Assembly: GCA_003252295.1 (NCBI GenBank)
Contig: QKEV01000015.1
Span: 24,242-88,241 of the forward strand
Length of the DNA stretch: 64,000 nt
Source of the DNA: a bacterium
Lineage (GTDB): Bacteria > Patescibacteriota > Minisyncoccia > Phycocordibacterales > UBA12088
Reading direction: 5' to 3'
The stretch's first letter is position 1; each line of letters starts with the position of its first letter. Of this stretch, positions 19,326-27,524 are shown piece by piece. The translations under genes were made by a program, and so were the position numbers. The notes under the pieces are model-generated. The model did no database searches. It was not told where the DNA came from and worked only from the letters and a program-made list of their open reading frames with translations.

Positions 19326-19805
19326 GTGAAAAAAATGACACAAAAGTTATCAGGGCTTTCTCTAAGTGTGTGTATTGTTTTGCTTTTGACCTGCAGTGTG
19401 TATGCAGATGAATGCAAGAGGGTGGAGACACATGCTTGTCTGCAGCAAAAGGTTAAGTACGTTGTACTCATTTTTGATGAAGAACAGCTAGAGACAATGG
19501 CTACCATTAGTCAAATTACGTTGCGATTTCACGCTGACCACCAGAGACCATGTATATGGTATCCATCATGCATCGAACGGTACGACGGTACCCACAACAT
19601 AGTAGCAGATATACGTTTTAACGATATCAATGTTACTGTTAGTGAAATTTGCAACCGTGTTGTTTCTGAAGCCTACAATCACTTAAAGCCAACCAACTGC
19701 GTCGTGGTTTTTCGTAATGAGCAAGAGTATGCTCAAGTGATGAAGGTTTCGGAGTTTGGTCTGAGTAGTGCAGAAGTTTCTGTGCTGAAGGTTGAAATAA
19801 TGTAG
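19326..19805 (+). CDS. secreted Cys-rich hypothetical protein
   Basis: GTG start preceded by a GGAGGAG SD. Signal peptide, then about 8 Cys residues. Confidence 0.5.
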   Translation: MKKMTQKLSGLSLSVCIVLLLTCSVYADECKRVETHACLQQKVKYVVLIFDEEQLETMATISQITLRFHADHQRPCIWYPSCIERYDGTHNIVADIRFNDINVTVSEICNRVVSEAYNHLKPTNCVVVFRNEQEYAQVMKVSEFGLSSAEVSVLKVEIM

Positions 19806-19814
19806 CACAACTTT

Positions 19815-19855
19815 ATGCTGCCAGTTTTACAAAACTGGCAGCATGTTTGTTTTAG
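19815..19855. terminator. bidirectional rho-independent terminator
   Basis: ATGCTGCCAGTTTT-AC-AAAACTGGCAGCAT hairpin with T-runs on both strands, between convergent genes. Confidence 0.8.
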
Positions 19856-20298
19856 CAATTCGTGCAGAGCGTATTCCCTGCACTTACCCATGCACCAATG
19901 CCTCCTTGAAGGTCGACGACGTTGGTGAAGCCAAGTGACTCCATGAACATGAGTGTCTGACCACTCCTGTTTCCTGAACGGCAGTAGATTGCGTAGGGTG
20001 TGTTCTTATTGAGTTGTGAAATCTTGTCGCTAAAGTCTCCGGCATAGAAATCTATATTTTGTGCTCCTGCAATATGTCCCTCAGCGTATTCTTCCGGGGT
20101 ACGAACATCAATAATGGTTCTGTTATTCTTGGTTTCGTTTGCAAAATCAAGTGCTCCAACGCTTGCTATCATGCTCTTTGTTTCGTTAGTGGTGTGTGCT
20201 TGTAATGAGACGGTATCTGTTTTGATGAGGGCGTAACCGATAAAACCTACTGAAAATGCTAATGCTGCTAAGGTGAGTTTCTTTTCCATAGAGTACAA
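19852..20298 (-). CDS. rhodanese-domain sulfurtransferase, membrane-anchored/secreted
   Basis: Active-site loop CRSGNRS. N-terminal hydrophobic segment. Confidence 0.7.
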   Translation of the reverse strand: MYSMEKKLTLAALAFSVGFIGYALIKTDTVSLQAHTTNETKSMIASVGALDFANETKNNRTIIDVRTPEEYAEGHIAGAQNIDFYAGDFSDKISQLNKNTPYAIYCRSGNRSGQTLMFMESLGFTNVVDLQGGIGAWVSAGNTLCTNC

Positions 20299-20303
20299 GT
20301 TGG

Positions 20304-20894
20304 TTATGAAAAGTCTGGCACTTCATGTGCATTGAATTCATCTAGTAATTTTTTCCCATACAGGAGTCGGTGTGCCATTTCTGCATGGTAGAGCGCACCG
20401 GTTAGAGCGTTGTGTGGTTCCGGTTCCTCAGGCATACCGAGGTAGGTTGCTATAGTTTCAATGTTGAGTGCACTGTGTCGTTTGGCAATAGGTACCTCTT
20501 TTCCGTGTAAGACGTAGTGCATGTACGCAAGGGAGTGCGTATCAATGGTGCGGTGTGCAAATGGGTAGTTGTAGCCAGCTCGCAGGCAGGCAGCCTTCAC
20601 ATAGTCACGGTCAAACGACACATTTTGTCCTAAGAACGTTTGGTCTTCAATCCCCTCTGCCCAGGTGAGGAACTGTGCAATGAGCTGTGCTTCCGTTTCC
20701 TTGGTATCATCAGTTGCCTCATCCTCGGTAAAGCCACAAACAGCAATAGCCTCTGGGTCTATGTGTGCACCCTCCCAAGCCTGACATTCAAGATAGATGC
20801 GATTTTTAGGGTTATTAAAATCAAGTGCTCCTAATGAGAGAATGGAGTGTTTTTCGTAGTTGGTGCCGGTGGCTTCAATATCTATAACAATCAT
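20304..20894 (-). CDS. DEDDh 3'-5' exonuclease (DnaQ-like fold)
   Basis: VIDIEATG (Exo I), FDRDYV (Exo II) and H…ALTGA…D (Exo III) motifs. Confidence 0.75.
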   Translation of the reverse strand: MIVIDIEATGTNYEKHSILSLGALDFNNPKNRIYLECQAWEGAHIDPEAIAVCGFTEDEATDDTKETEAQLIAQFLTWAEGIEDQTFLGQNVSFDRDYVKAACLRAGYNYPFAHRTIDTHSLAYMHYVLHGKEVPIAKRHSALNIETIATYLGMPEEPEPHNALTGALYHAEMAHRLLYGKKLLDEFNAHEVPDFS

Positions 20895-20917
20895 GTGCCC
20901 TATTCTAACATATTTAT

Positions 20918-21292
20918 TTACTCTAACCCTTTACAGTTTGCTGCTGGGCGATATCCTGCTTTTTCTGCTTCTTCTTTTGATGCAAACCACACCTTATTCT
21001 CTTCTTTAATGCGTTGTGCTCCTGAGCACCATGGAAAATGGTATACTGAGCCATTTTTACTTGCTACAATAGTTCCTGATGATACTTCATTTATGTCATC
21101 TGAGATGATTGTGTCTGTATTGTAAATGATCGGGGTGGCACTCTCACAAGAAAGTATACTTGCTTTACTGTTTGTTTGAGCAGAAAGTCTACCGAGACCA
21201 AATGACAAGACCCCTAAGAGTGCAATAAGGAGTATGAGAGCAGTATTTATACCCTTGCGCGAGTAGAGTATCTCTGGTATGTTATTGACCAC
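20918..21292 (-). CDS. membrane-anchored protein with a C-terminal Cys/His mini-domain
   Basis: N-terminal TM. C-terminus YHFPWCSGAQRIKEENKVWFASKEEAEKAGYRPAANC has a YH.P.C…GYRP..C pattern that recurs at the C-termini of secreted bacterial proteins. Confidence 0.45.
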   Translation of the reverse strand: MVNNIPEILYSRKGINTALILLIALLGVLSFGLGRLSAQTNSKASILSCESATPIIYNTDTIISDDINEVSSGTIVASKNGSVYHFPWCSGAQRIKEENKVWFASKEEAEKAGYRPAANCKGLE

Positions 21293-21350
21293 GTTAGGGA
21301 TAGTATAGCAGAGTATTGTCTGCTTCCCTGTAATGAAAAGATAAAGACAT

Positions 21351-21623
21351 ATGGCACATAGAAAAGCTGGAGGTTCAGCAAAAAACCTAAAGGATTCAAA
21401 CCCAAAATACTTGGGTACGAAGCTCTACGCTGGACAGAAGGCGAAGGCTGGTTCAGTGATCGTTCGTCAGCGTGGTACCAAGATCATGGCTGGTAAAAAC
21501 ACAGATACTGGCAAAGATCACACAATTTTTGCACTTAAAGAGGGTACTGTTTCTTTCAGGGAGGTAAGAAAGACACGTTTTGACGGAAAGACTTCAATGA
21601 AGAAGGTGGTAGATGTACTCTAA
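21351..21623 (+). CDS. rpmA: 50S ribosomal protein L27
   Basis: [22 protein letters not shown]…[17 protein letters not shown] matches L27. Confidence 0.9.
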   Translation: MAHRKAGGSAKNLKDSNPKYLGTKLYAGQKAKAGSVIVRQRGTKIMAGKNTDTGKDHTIFALKEGTVSFREVRKTRFDGKTSMKKVVDVL

Positions 21624-21635
21624 GGAAAATACATG

Positions 21636-21678
21636 ATTACAATAAAAAAGACGCTTAATGCGTCTTTTTTATTGTAAT
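21636..21678. terminator. bidirectional terminator with a perfect 19-bp-arm inverted repeat
   Basis: ATTACAATAAAAAAGACGC-TTAAT-GCGTCTTTTTTATTGTAAT between convergent rpmA and rplI. Confidence 0.8.
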
Positions 21679-21695
21679 GGGTAGTTTGAGTACCG

Positions 21696-22148
21696 TTAGT
21701 CTTCCTCTTTTGTTACCTCAACAGTAATAGTTGCTTTAATACCTAATACTTCAATGTCTACCTGATGTTCCCCTACTTCTCCAAGTGGTGAATCAAGTAA
21801 AATAGCAGTTTCTGCAAGTTCTATACTGAGTTGCTCTTTGAGAGCTTCAGAAACATCTGCACGATGGAGTTTCTTGTAGAGGTGCCCTTGATCATCACAT
21901 TTGGTTGCGATAGTGACCTTTGCTTCCTCACCAAGTGTCTCAAATTTTTCTTTGAGAGCTGCTACACGTGCCTCCTCTTCTGCACGAAGTGCTTCACGCT
22001 TCTTCTCTAGTTCTGCTACGCGTGCGTCAGTTGCAGGTTCTGCAAGACCTCTCGGGTAGAGAAAATTGTTGGCATAACCATTGGCTACATCCACTACGTC
22101 ATACTGACGTCCAACACGTGGTATATCTTGTGTAAGTATTACTTTCAT
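21696..22148 (-). CDS. rplI: 50S ribosomal protein L9
   Basis: MKVILTQDIPRVGRQYDVVDVANGYANNFLYPRGLA matches the L9 N-domain. Start taken at the internal ATG (22148). Confidence 0.9.
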   Translation of the reverse strand: MKVILTQDIPRVGRQYDVVDVANGYANNFLYPRGLAEPATDARVAELEKKREALRAEEEARVAALKEKFETLGEEAKVTIATKCDDQGHLYKKLHRADVSEALKEQLSIELAETAILLDSPLGEVGEHQVDIEVLGIKATITVEVTKEED

Positions 22149-22175
22149 ACGATCGTTTTTAGTGTGCAAAGCATA

Positions 22176-23480
22176 CTACTCTATTTCGTCCATTGCTTCA
22201 ACTGTTTCCGGTGTCTGAGTTTCTTCTTCAGTTACCGCCTGTATATCAACCTCTTCCCCTTGTGTATCCTGCGTCAGGTCCTCCAGGTTACCGGTGTTGA
22301 GGTAATATACCGCAGCTTCGAGTTGTGGATCTGCTTCTGCTTCAATATCTTCACGTGTTATATCTATCTCAAGATCAGGAGCGAGACCAACTTGAGAAAT
22401 GGAATTGCCGTTTGGTGTAAGCCAGCGTGCAACAGTTATCTTTATTGAGGTATCGTCAGTAACATTGACGAGTTCCTGTACTGAACCTTTGCCAAAGGTG
22501 TTCTTACCGATGAGTACCGCACGGCCGTGTTCACGAAGTGCTCCAGCGAGTATCTCAGAAGCACTTGCTGAACCACCATCTATGAGAACTGCTATCGTGA
22601 AGTCATCTTCAGAGAGATTGTATCCTTTTGAACGATGTGTGTAAGGTTCGGCAGTATCACCGTAGTCTTCAATAACAACTGTTTTGCCGAGTGGTAAAAA
22701 CCAGCTCGCTATTTCAACTGCTGCATCAAGGTAGCCGCCAGGATTACCGCGAAGGTCGAGGAGTAACTTATCTGATCCAGAAGCAACAAAATCTCTGAGT
22801 GCGGTGCGCATTTCCTTTGTCGCAGTAGCGCCAAAGTTGTAAAGTGCAATAGTAAAGATACCATCATCACGAAGTTCAGCGTGAATGGTTGGTATTTCAA
22901 TGGTGTCACGAATGATTTCAATATCAAGGAATTCGTTTTCCCCCTCACGAGCGATGGTGAGTGTAACTGTTGTTCCTACCTCACCTCGTATGATAGCCAC
23001 TGCTTCATCAGTGGACATGTTTTGTGTTGAGATACCATCAACACTTACGATGTAGTCACCAGAGAGGAGACCTGCTTCATCAGCAGGAGTTCCCTTGAGT
23101 GGTGCTATGACAGTAAGTAGTCCATCACGGATACCCATCTCTATACCTATTCCACCAAAGCTTCCCTCTATGTCCTCTTCAAACTGTCGTGATTCTTCAG
23201 GAGGAAAGAAGACGGTGTATGGGTCATCATATGAACTTGCCAACCCTTTGATAATCCCCCATACATGATCTTTGGTTGTGAATGTTTCCGTTGTTGATGC
23301 AGGGACAAATTTTTCTTCAAGAAGTCTCCATGCTTCCCACATTGGTGCAAGGTCAGCATTATACTCATTTGGTGTTACTGTCGATGTTGGTGCCTGTACT
23401 TTTTCTCCTGCAACAAAACCGAGCGTAAAAGAAAATGCAATGACTGCAAGTGTATAGAACCCCTTTTCAGTTGTCTTCAT
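22176..23480 (-). CDS. C-terminal processing peptidase (S41, Ctp/Prc-like) with PDZ domain
   Basis: LDLRGNPGG, GGSASASE and FGKGSVQ motifs. N-terminal TM anchor. Start taken at MKTTEKG. Confidence 0.85.
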   Translation of the reverse strand: MKTTEKGFYTLAVIAFSFTLGFVAGEKVQAPTSTVTPNEYNADLAPMWEAWRLLEEKFVPASTTETFTTKDHVWGIIKGLASSYDDPYTVFFPPEESRQFEEDIEGSFGGIGIEMGIRDGLLTVIAPLKGTPADEAGLLSGDYIVSVDGISTQNMSTDEAVAIIRGEVGTTVTLTIAREGENEFLDIEIIRDTIEIPTIHAELRDDGIFTIALYNFGATATKEMRTALRDFVASGSDKLLLDLRGNPGGYLDAAVEIASWFLPLGKTVVIEDYGDTAEPYTHRSKGYNLSEDDFTIAVLIDGGSASASEILAGALREHGRAVLIGKNTFGKGSVQELVNVTDDTSIKITVARWLTPNGNSISQVGLAPDLEIDITREDIEAEADPQLEAAVYYLNTGNLEDLTQDTQGEEVDIQAVTEEETQTPETVEAMDEIE

Positions 23481-23578
23481 AGGTAATATGGTACCACATA
23501 ATACTCTCAACACTTACTCACATTACTTGTGGGGTAATACCTTAGTCCTTTGGTATACTATATGTAATTAGTTTCAGT

Positions 23579-24496
23579 ATGATTACGAGACAGACACATG
23601 GTGAACTTGTTTGGGTGGACGTAGTTTCTCCAACAGGTGAAGAGGTTCGTGAACTTATGGAAGAGTTCACACTTGATCCGCTCATTGCGGAGGAGCTTAT
23701 GGTTCCTTCCGTACGTAACAGGGTAGATGCACGAGATGACTACTTTTATGCAGTATTTCACTTCCCTACCTTCAAGCATTTGCATGATGTTGCTTCTGAG
23801 CCACTCGAACTTGACTTTATTGTTGGTAAAAAATGGATCATTACTGCGCGCTACGTCAAGATCGACCCATTGCATCAGTTTTCAAAATTATTTGAGATCG
23901 AAACTATTTTGAATCGTAAGGAAATGGGTGAGCATGCTGGAAACGTGTTCTACTACATGTTGAACGAGCTCTACAAGACCCTCTTTGATGAGCTCATGCA
24001 TATAAGTGCTCGTCTTGATGTTGCCGAGGAACGTATTTTTGAAGGGTATGAACAAGAGATGGTGAGAGAACTTTCTAATATCAGTCGTGACCTTTTGAAC
24101 TATAAGCAGGCACTCGATGTGCATGAGGGTATGCTTCACTCACTTGAAACACCGGGTGTTGCCCTCTTTGGGTATGAGTATGCACGCAGTATCCGCAACG
24201 TAGCTGGTGAGTATACGCGTCTTGATAATGCACTTCGAAGTAACACAGCATCTCTTCAAGAGCTACGTGACACGAACAACTCACTCTTGAGTACGAAACA
24301 AAATGAGATAATGCAGATCTTTACCATCATGGCGTTCGTCACCTTCCCTCTTTCCCTCATTGCTTCTGTGTTTGGAATGAACTCAATACACATGCCTATC
24401 ATTGGAAATGAGTGGGATTTTTGGATCATAGTTGGCATCATGTTTGCAGCAGCAACTGCCTTTTTTGCCTTCTTCCGATACAAAAAATGGATTTAG
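23579..24496 (+). CDS. corA: Mg2+/Co2+ transporter CorA
   Basis: Cytoplasmic domain followed by two C-terminal TM segments carrying the GMN motif (…SVFGMNSIHMP…). Confidence 0.85.
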   Translation: MITRQTHGELVWVDVVSPTGEEVRELMEEFTLDPLIAEELMVPSVRNRVDARDDYFYAVFHFPTFKHLHDVASEPLELDFIVGKKWIITARYVKIDPLHQFSKLFEIETILNRKEMGEHAGNVFYYMLNELYKTLFDELMHISARLDVAEERIFEGYEQEMVRELSNISRDLLNYKQALDVHEGMLHSLETPGVALFGYEYARSIRNVAGEYTRLDNALRSNTASLQELRDTNNSLLSTKQNEIMQIFTIMAFVTFPLSLIASVFGMNSIHMPIIGNEWDFWIIVGIMFAAATAFFAFFRYKKWI

Positions 24497-24586
24497 TTGC
24501 TACAAGCTGTTGCTGTTTACACTAAGGACGAAGCACTCCCCTTCTTCCTTTTATTTTTTTATTCCTAGCTATATACTGCACATAAC

Positions 24587-26068
24587 ATGATCCCAATACT
24601 TTTTACAGGTTCGGTAGATGCCACACAGGACGCAAAACCACCTTTGAAACTCTTTAACACCCTTTCTCGAGAAAAGGAGATTTTTACTCCGCTCAAGGAC
24701 GATTATGTACGAATGTACAACTGTGGACCAACAGTGTATGACAGGATACACATTGGGAATCTTCGAGCATTTGTGTTTGCTGATATACTACGCCGCGCTT
24801 TTCTTTTGAATGGGTACAAGGTGATGCAGGTGATGAATATTACTGACGTTGGCCACCTCACCTCAGATGCTGATGAGGGTGATGATAAGATGAGTCTTGC
24901 GGTTAAGCGTTCAGGGAAAGAACTTACACTCGCATCAATGTATGAGGTTGCTACTGAGTTCATGGAGTACTTTCTTGAAGATGTTGATGCGCTCAATATT
25001 AAACGACCGAGTGTTATCCCACGAGCGTCTGAGCATATAACTGGAGACATTGCACTCATTGATACCCTTATGCAAAAAGAATATGCCTATGAGACGAGTG
25101 ATGGAGTGTACTTTGATACCACACGCTTTAAAGAGTACGGGAAGCTTGGTGGAATGGATCTGAAGGGTCAGAAATCAGGAGCACGAGTTGCAGTGAATGA
25201 AGAAAAACGAAATCCTGTTGACTTTGCTCTCTGGAAGAAAAATGATGAACTTGGGTGGGATAGTCCTTGGGGTAAGGGTTTCCCTGGTTGGCATATAGAG
25301 TGTTCTGCGATGGCAATGGAGTATCTCGGTAAGGAGATAGATGTGCATACAGGCGGTATTGATCTTTCAGGAACACATCACAACAATGAGATAGCACAGA
25401 GTGAGTGTGCCACAGGTAGACCGTTTGCGCATTACTGGATGCATAATGAGTATGTGAGTATAGAGGGGTCAAAGATCGGTAAATCACTTGGTAATGCGGT
25501 GGCACTCAAACAGCTTATAGAGCATGGTTACAATCCACTCGCTTACCGGTACTGGCTCTTAACGGGTCACTATCGTACAAAGGTAAACTTTAGCTTTACT
25601 GCTCTTGATGCATCACAGAAAGCACTCACTCGATTGTACCGGTACTTTGCTGAGTATCTTCGCAAGGCGCGTGGTGGAACTATTAGTGAGGAGTACGCTC
25701 TTCGTCTCCTAGAGGCTGTGAACGATGATCTGGATACACCTCGTGCACTTGCACTCCTCTGGGAACTTGTAAAAGATGAAGCGATCATTCCTCAAGATAA
25801 ACGTGCAACACTGCTTCATTTTGACAAGGTGCTTGGTCTTGGTTTACTTGCGCTTGCAAAGAAAGATGCTGAAGCGGTTTCGGTTTCCGTGGAAGGTACC
25901 GTTTCCCTCGACGAGCTTTCTGAAGAGGTACAGCAACTCGTAGAAGATCGTGAGGTGGCAAGAAAAGAGAAAGACTGGAACAGAGCTGATGCACTCCGTG
26001 ATGAACTCAAGGAAAAAGGTTTTGAAGTGAAAGATGGAGAAGACGGTCCTAAGGTAGTGCGGGTCTAG
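24587..26068 (+). CDS. cysS: cysteinyl-tRNA synthetase
   Basis: YNCGPTVYDRIHIGN (HIGH region), KIGKSLGN (KMSKS), and the Cys-binding WHIECS. The true start may be the in-frame TTG at 24644 (LKLFNTLSR…). Confidence 0.9.
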   Translation: MIPILFTGSVDATQDAKPPLKLFNTLSREKEIFTPLKDDYVRMYNCGPTVYDRIHIGNLRAFVFADILRRAFLLNGYKVMQVMNITDVGHLTSDADEGDDKMSLAVKRSGKELTLASMYEVATEFMEYFLEDVDALNIKRPSVIPRASEHITGDIALIDTLMQKEYAYETSDGVYFDTTRFKEYGKLGGMDLKGQKSGARVAVNEEKRNPVDFALWKKNDELGWDSPWGKGFPGWHIECSAMAMEYLGKEIDVHTGGIDLSGTHHNNEIAQSECATGRPFAHYWMHNEYVSIEGSKIGKSLGNAVALKQLIEHGYNPLAYRYWLLTGHYRTKVNFSFTALDASQKALTRLYRYFAEYLRKARGGTISEEYALRLLEAVNDDLDTPRALALLWELVKDEAIIPQDKRATLLHFDKVLGLGLLALAKKDAEAVSVSVEGTVSLDELSEEVQQLVEDREVARKEKDWNRADALRDELKEKGFEVKDGEDGPKVVRV

Positions 26069-26137
26069 CTATTGAATATACCAATGAACATACCTGTGGT
26101 TGTTCATTGGTACTCTGTGTGCTGTATGAAAGGAGTA

Positions 26138-27496
26138 CTACTCCTCCTTCCCTATCTCAAGTCGCTTTGCAAGGAGCGGTGTAAGCGGTGGTTCGATGAT
26201 GAGTGTGTAGAGCATAACCCATACACCGATTGAGAAGATGAGTTCAATGTGGTGTGTAAATCCTGAAGCGAAGATGTAGAGCATAAGCACTGCTGCAATA
26301 GCCCCTGTTTCTCGAATGAATGAGAGAAAGAGCACTTCTCTCCATGAGAGGAGTGAATGTTTAGCGATCATCCATGGCAGAAGTGAAATGTAGACAACAA
26401 GAGGACGGACAAAAAACATAAAGGCGATAGACGCGAAGGTGCCGATGAATATAACATTTGGTTGTGCAAGTGTTGCGAGTGGTACGAGTGCACCAAGGAG
26501 GATGAACACCGTTGGACGCAAGAGTTTTTCCACTAAGCTTTCAAAGAAGAGGTGTACCTCGCGAGCTCGGTGATGTACTTCGTATGTGAGTCCGGCAACA
26601 AATGCAGCGAGAAAACCAGCGCCAGGAATGAGAGAGCCAAGTGCGAGACAAAGTATTGGTACAGAGATAAAGAGCGCAGGATCAGACCAGTGTTTCTTGC
26701 CGACAGTCTCACCCCAAGTTCGTAGTATCCATCCGCCAAGAAGACCAACCATGATACCCCAAACAGTAACCACAGAGAAAAAATCGAGAGCGGTACGTGA
26801 AAATAGTGTAGAAAATTCTTCACTCACTGAGTAGGTTGCAGTTGTTGCGGTGGCACCGAGTGCGGCAATAAGGAAGAAACGTGTAATAACCATACCCACA
26901 ACATCATTCACTGCGCTTTCAGAAACGGCTATATCTTTTAAGAACGGTCGTTTAAAGTGTAGGTGCTCAAGTGTTGGAAGTATGGTTGTTGGGTCTATTG
27001 ATGAGAGAATTGCTGCAATAAGAATGAGAGATATGGCTGATATGTTAAAGCCATATAGTGCAGTAATAACTGAAAGGATCACTGCAAAAATAAGTACACT
27101 GAGCATTGTTCCAAGAAGTGACAGTGTTGCTATTGGTGCAAAATACTTCTTAAAGTTCTTTACCGGGACAGTTATACCAGCAGTAAACAGGATAAATGCA
27201 GCAAATAGTTCAATGAGTACAAGAAGTGCATTTTTATCAGAGAGGAGGTAGTGGAATGGTGTTTGCAGTGCTATACCAAAGAGGATTGCCCATGCAAACA
27301 GTGGCATGGTGACATACTTCTCAATGCGCGTTATTCCTATTGCCACAAGGAGAAGGAGTGAGATTGAAAAGTAAAATCCTGCAGGTGATAGAGCGAGTGT
27401 CTCTGTAAAGAACGGTGAGGTTTTTGTTGCTAAAGAGAGTCCAAACATGAGGACAAGAAGCAGTATTGTTGGGAAGTATTTATTGAGTGTTTTCAT
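26138..27496 (-). CDS. monovalent cation/H+ antiporter (CPA1 Na+/H+ exchanger family)
   Basis: About 12 TM helices. Topology and conserved-Asp region typical of Na+/H+ exchangers. Confidence 0.7.
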   Translation of the reverse strand: MKTLNKYFPTILLLVLMFGLSLATKTSPFFTETLALSPAGFYFSISLLLLVAIGITRIEKYVTMPLFAWAILFGIALQTPFHYLLSDKNALLVLIELFAAFILFTAGITVPVKNFKKYFAPIATLSLLGTMLSVLIFAVILSVITALYGFNISAISLILIAAILSSIDPTTILPTLEHLHFKRPFLKDIAVSESAVNDVVGMVITRFFLIAALGATATTATYSVSEEFSTLFSRTALDFFSVVTVWGIMVGLLGGWILRTWGETVGKKHWSDPALFISVPILCLALGSLIPGAGFLAAFVAGLTYEVHHRAREVHLFFESLVEKLLRPTVFILLGALVPLATLAQPNVIFIGTFASIAFMFFVRPLVVYISLLPWMIAKHSLLSWREVLFLSFIRETGAIAAVLMLYIFASGFTHHIELIFSIGVWVMLYTLIIEPPLTPLLAKRLEIGKEE

Positions 27497-27524
27497 AGGT
27501 ACATAATAATAATTAATGTGCGCT

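Noticed and set aside
26533-27251. ORFs 26533-26823(-), 26586-26834(+) and 26850-27251(+) within the antiporter gene
   Set aside because: Overlap a 12-TM transporter gene whose frame is clearly the real one. R/S-rich products typical of wrong-frame translation.
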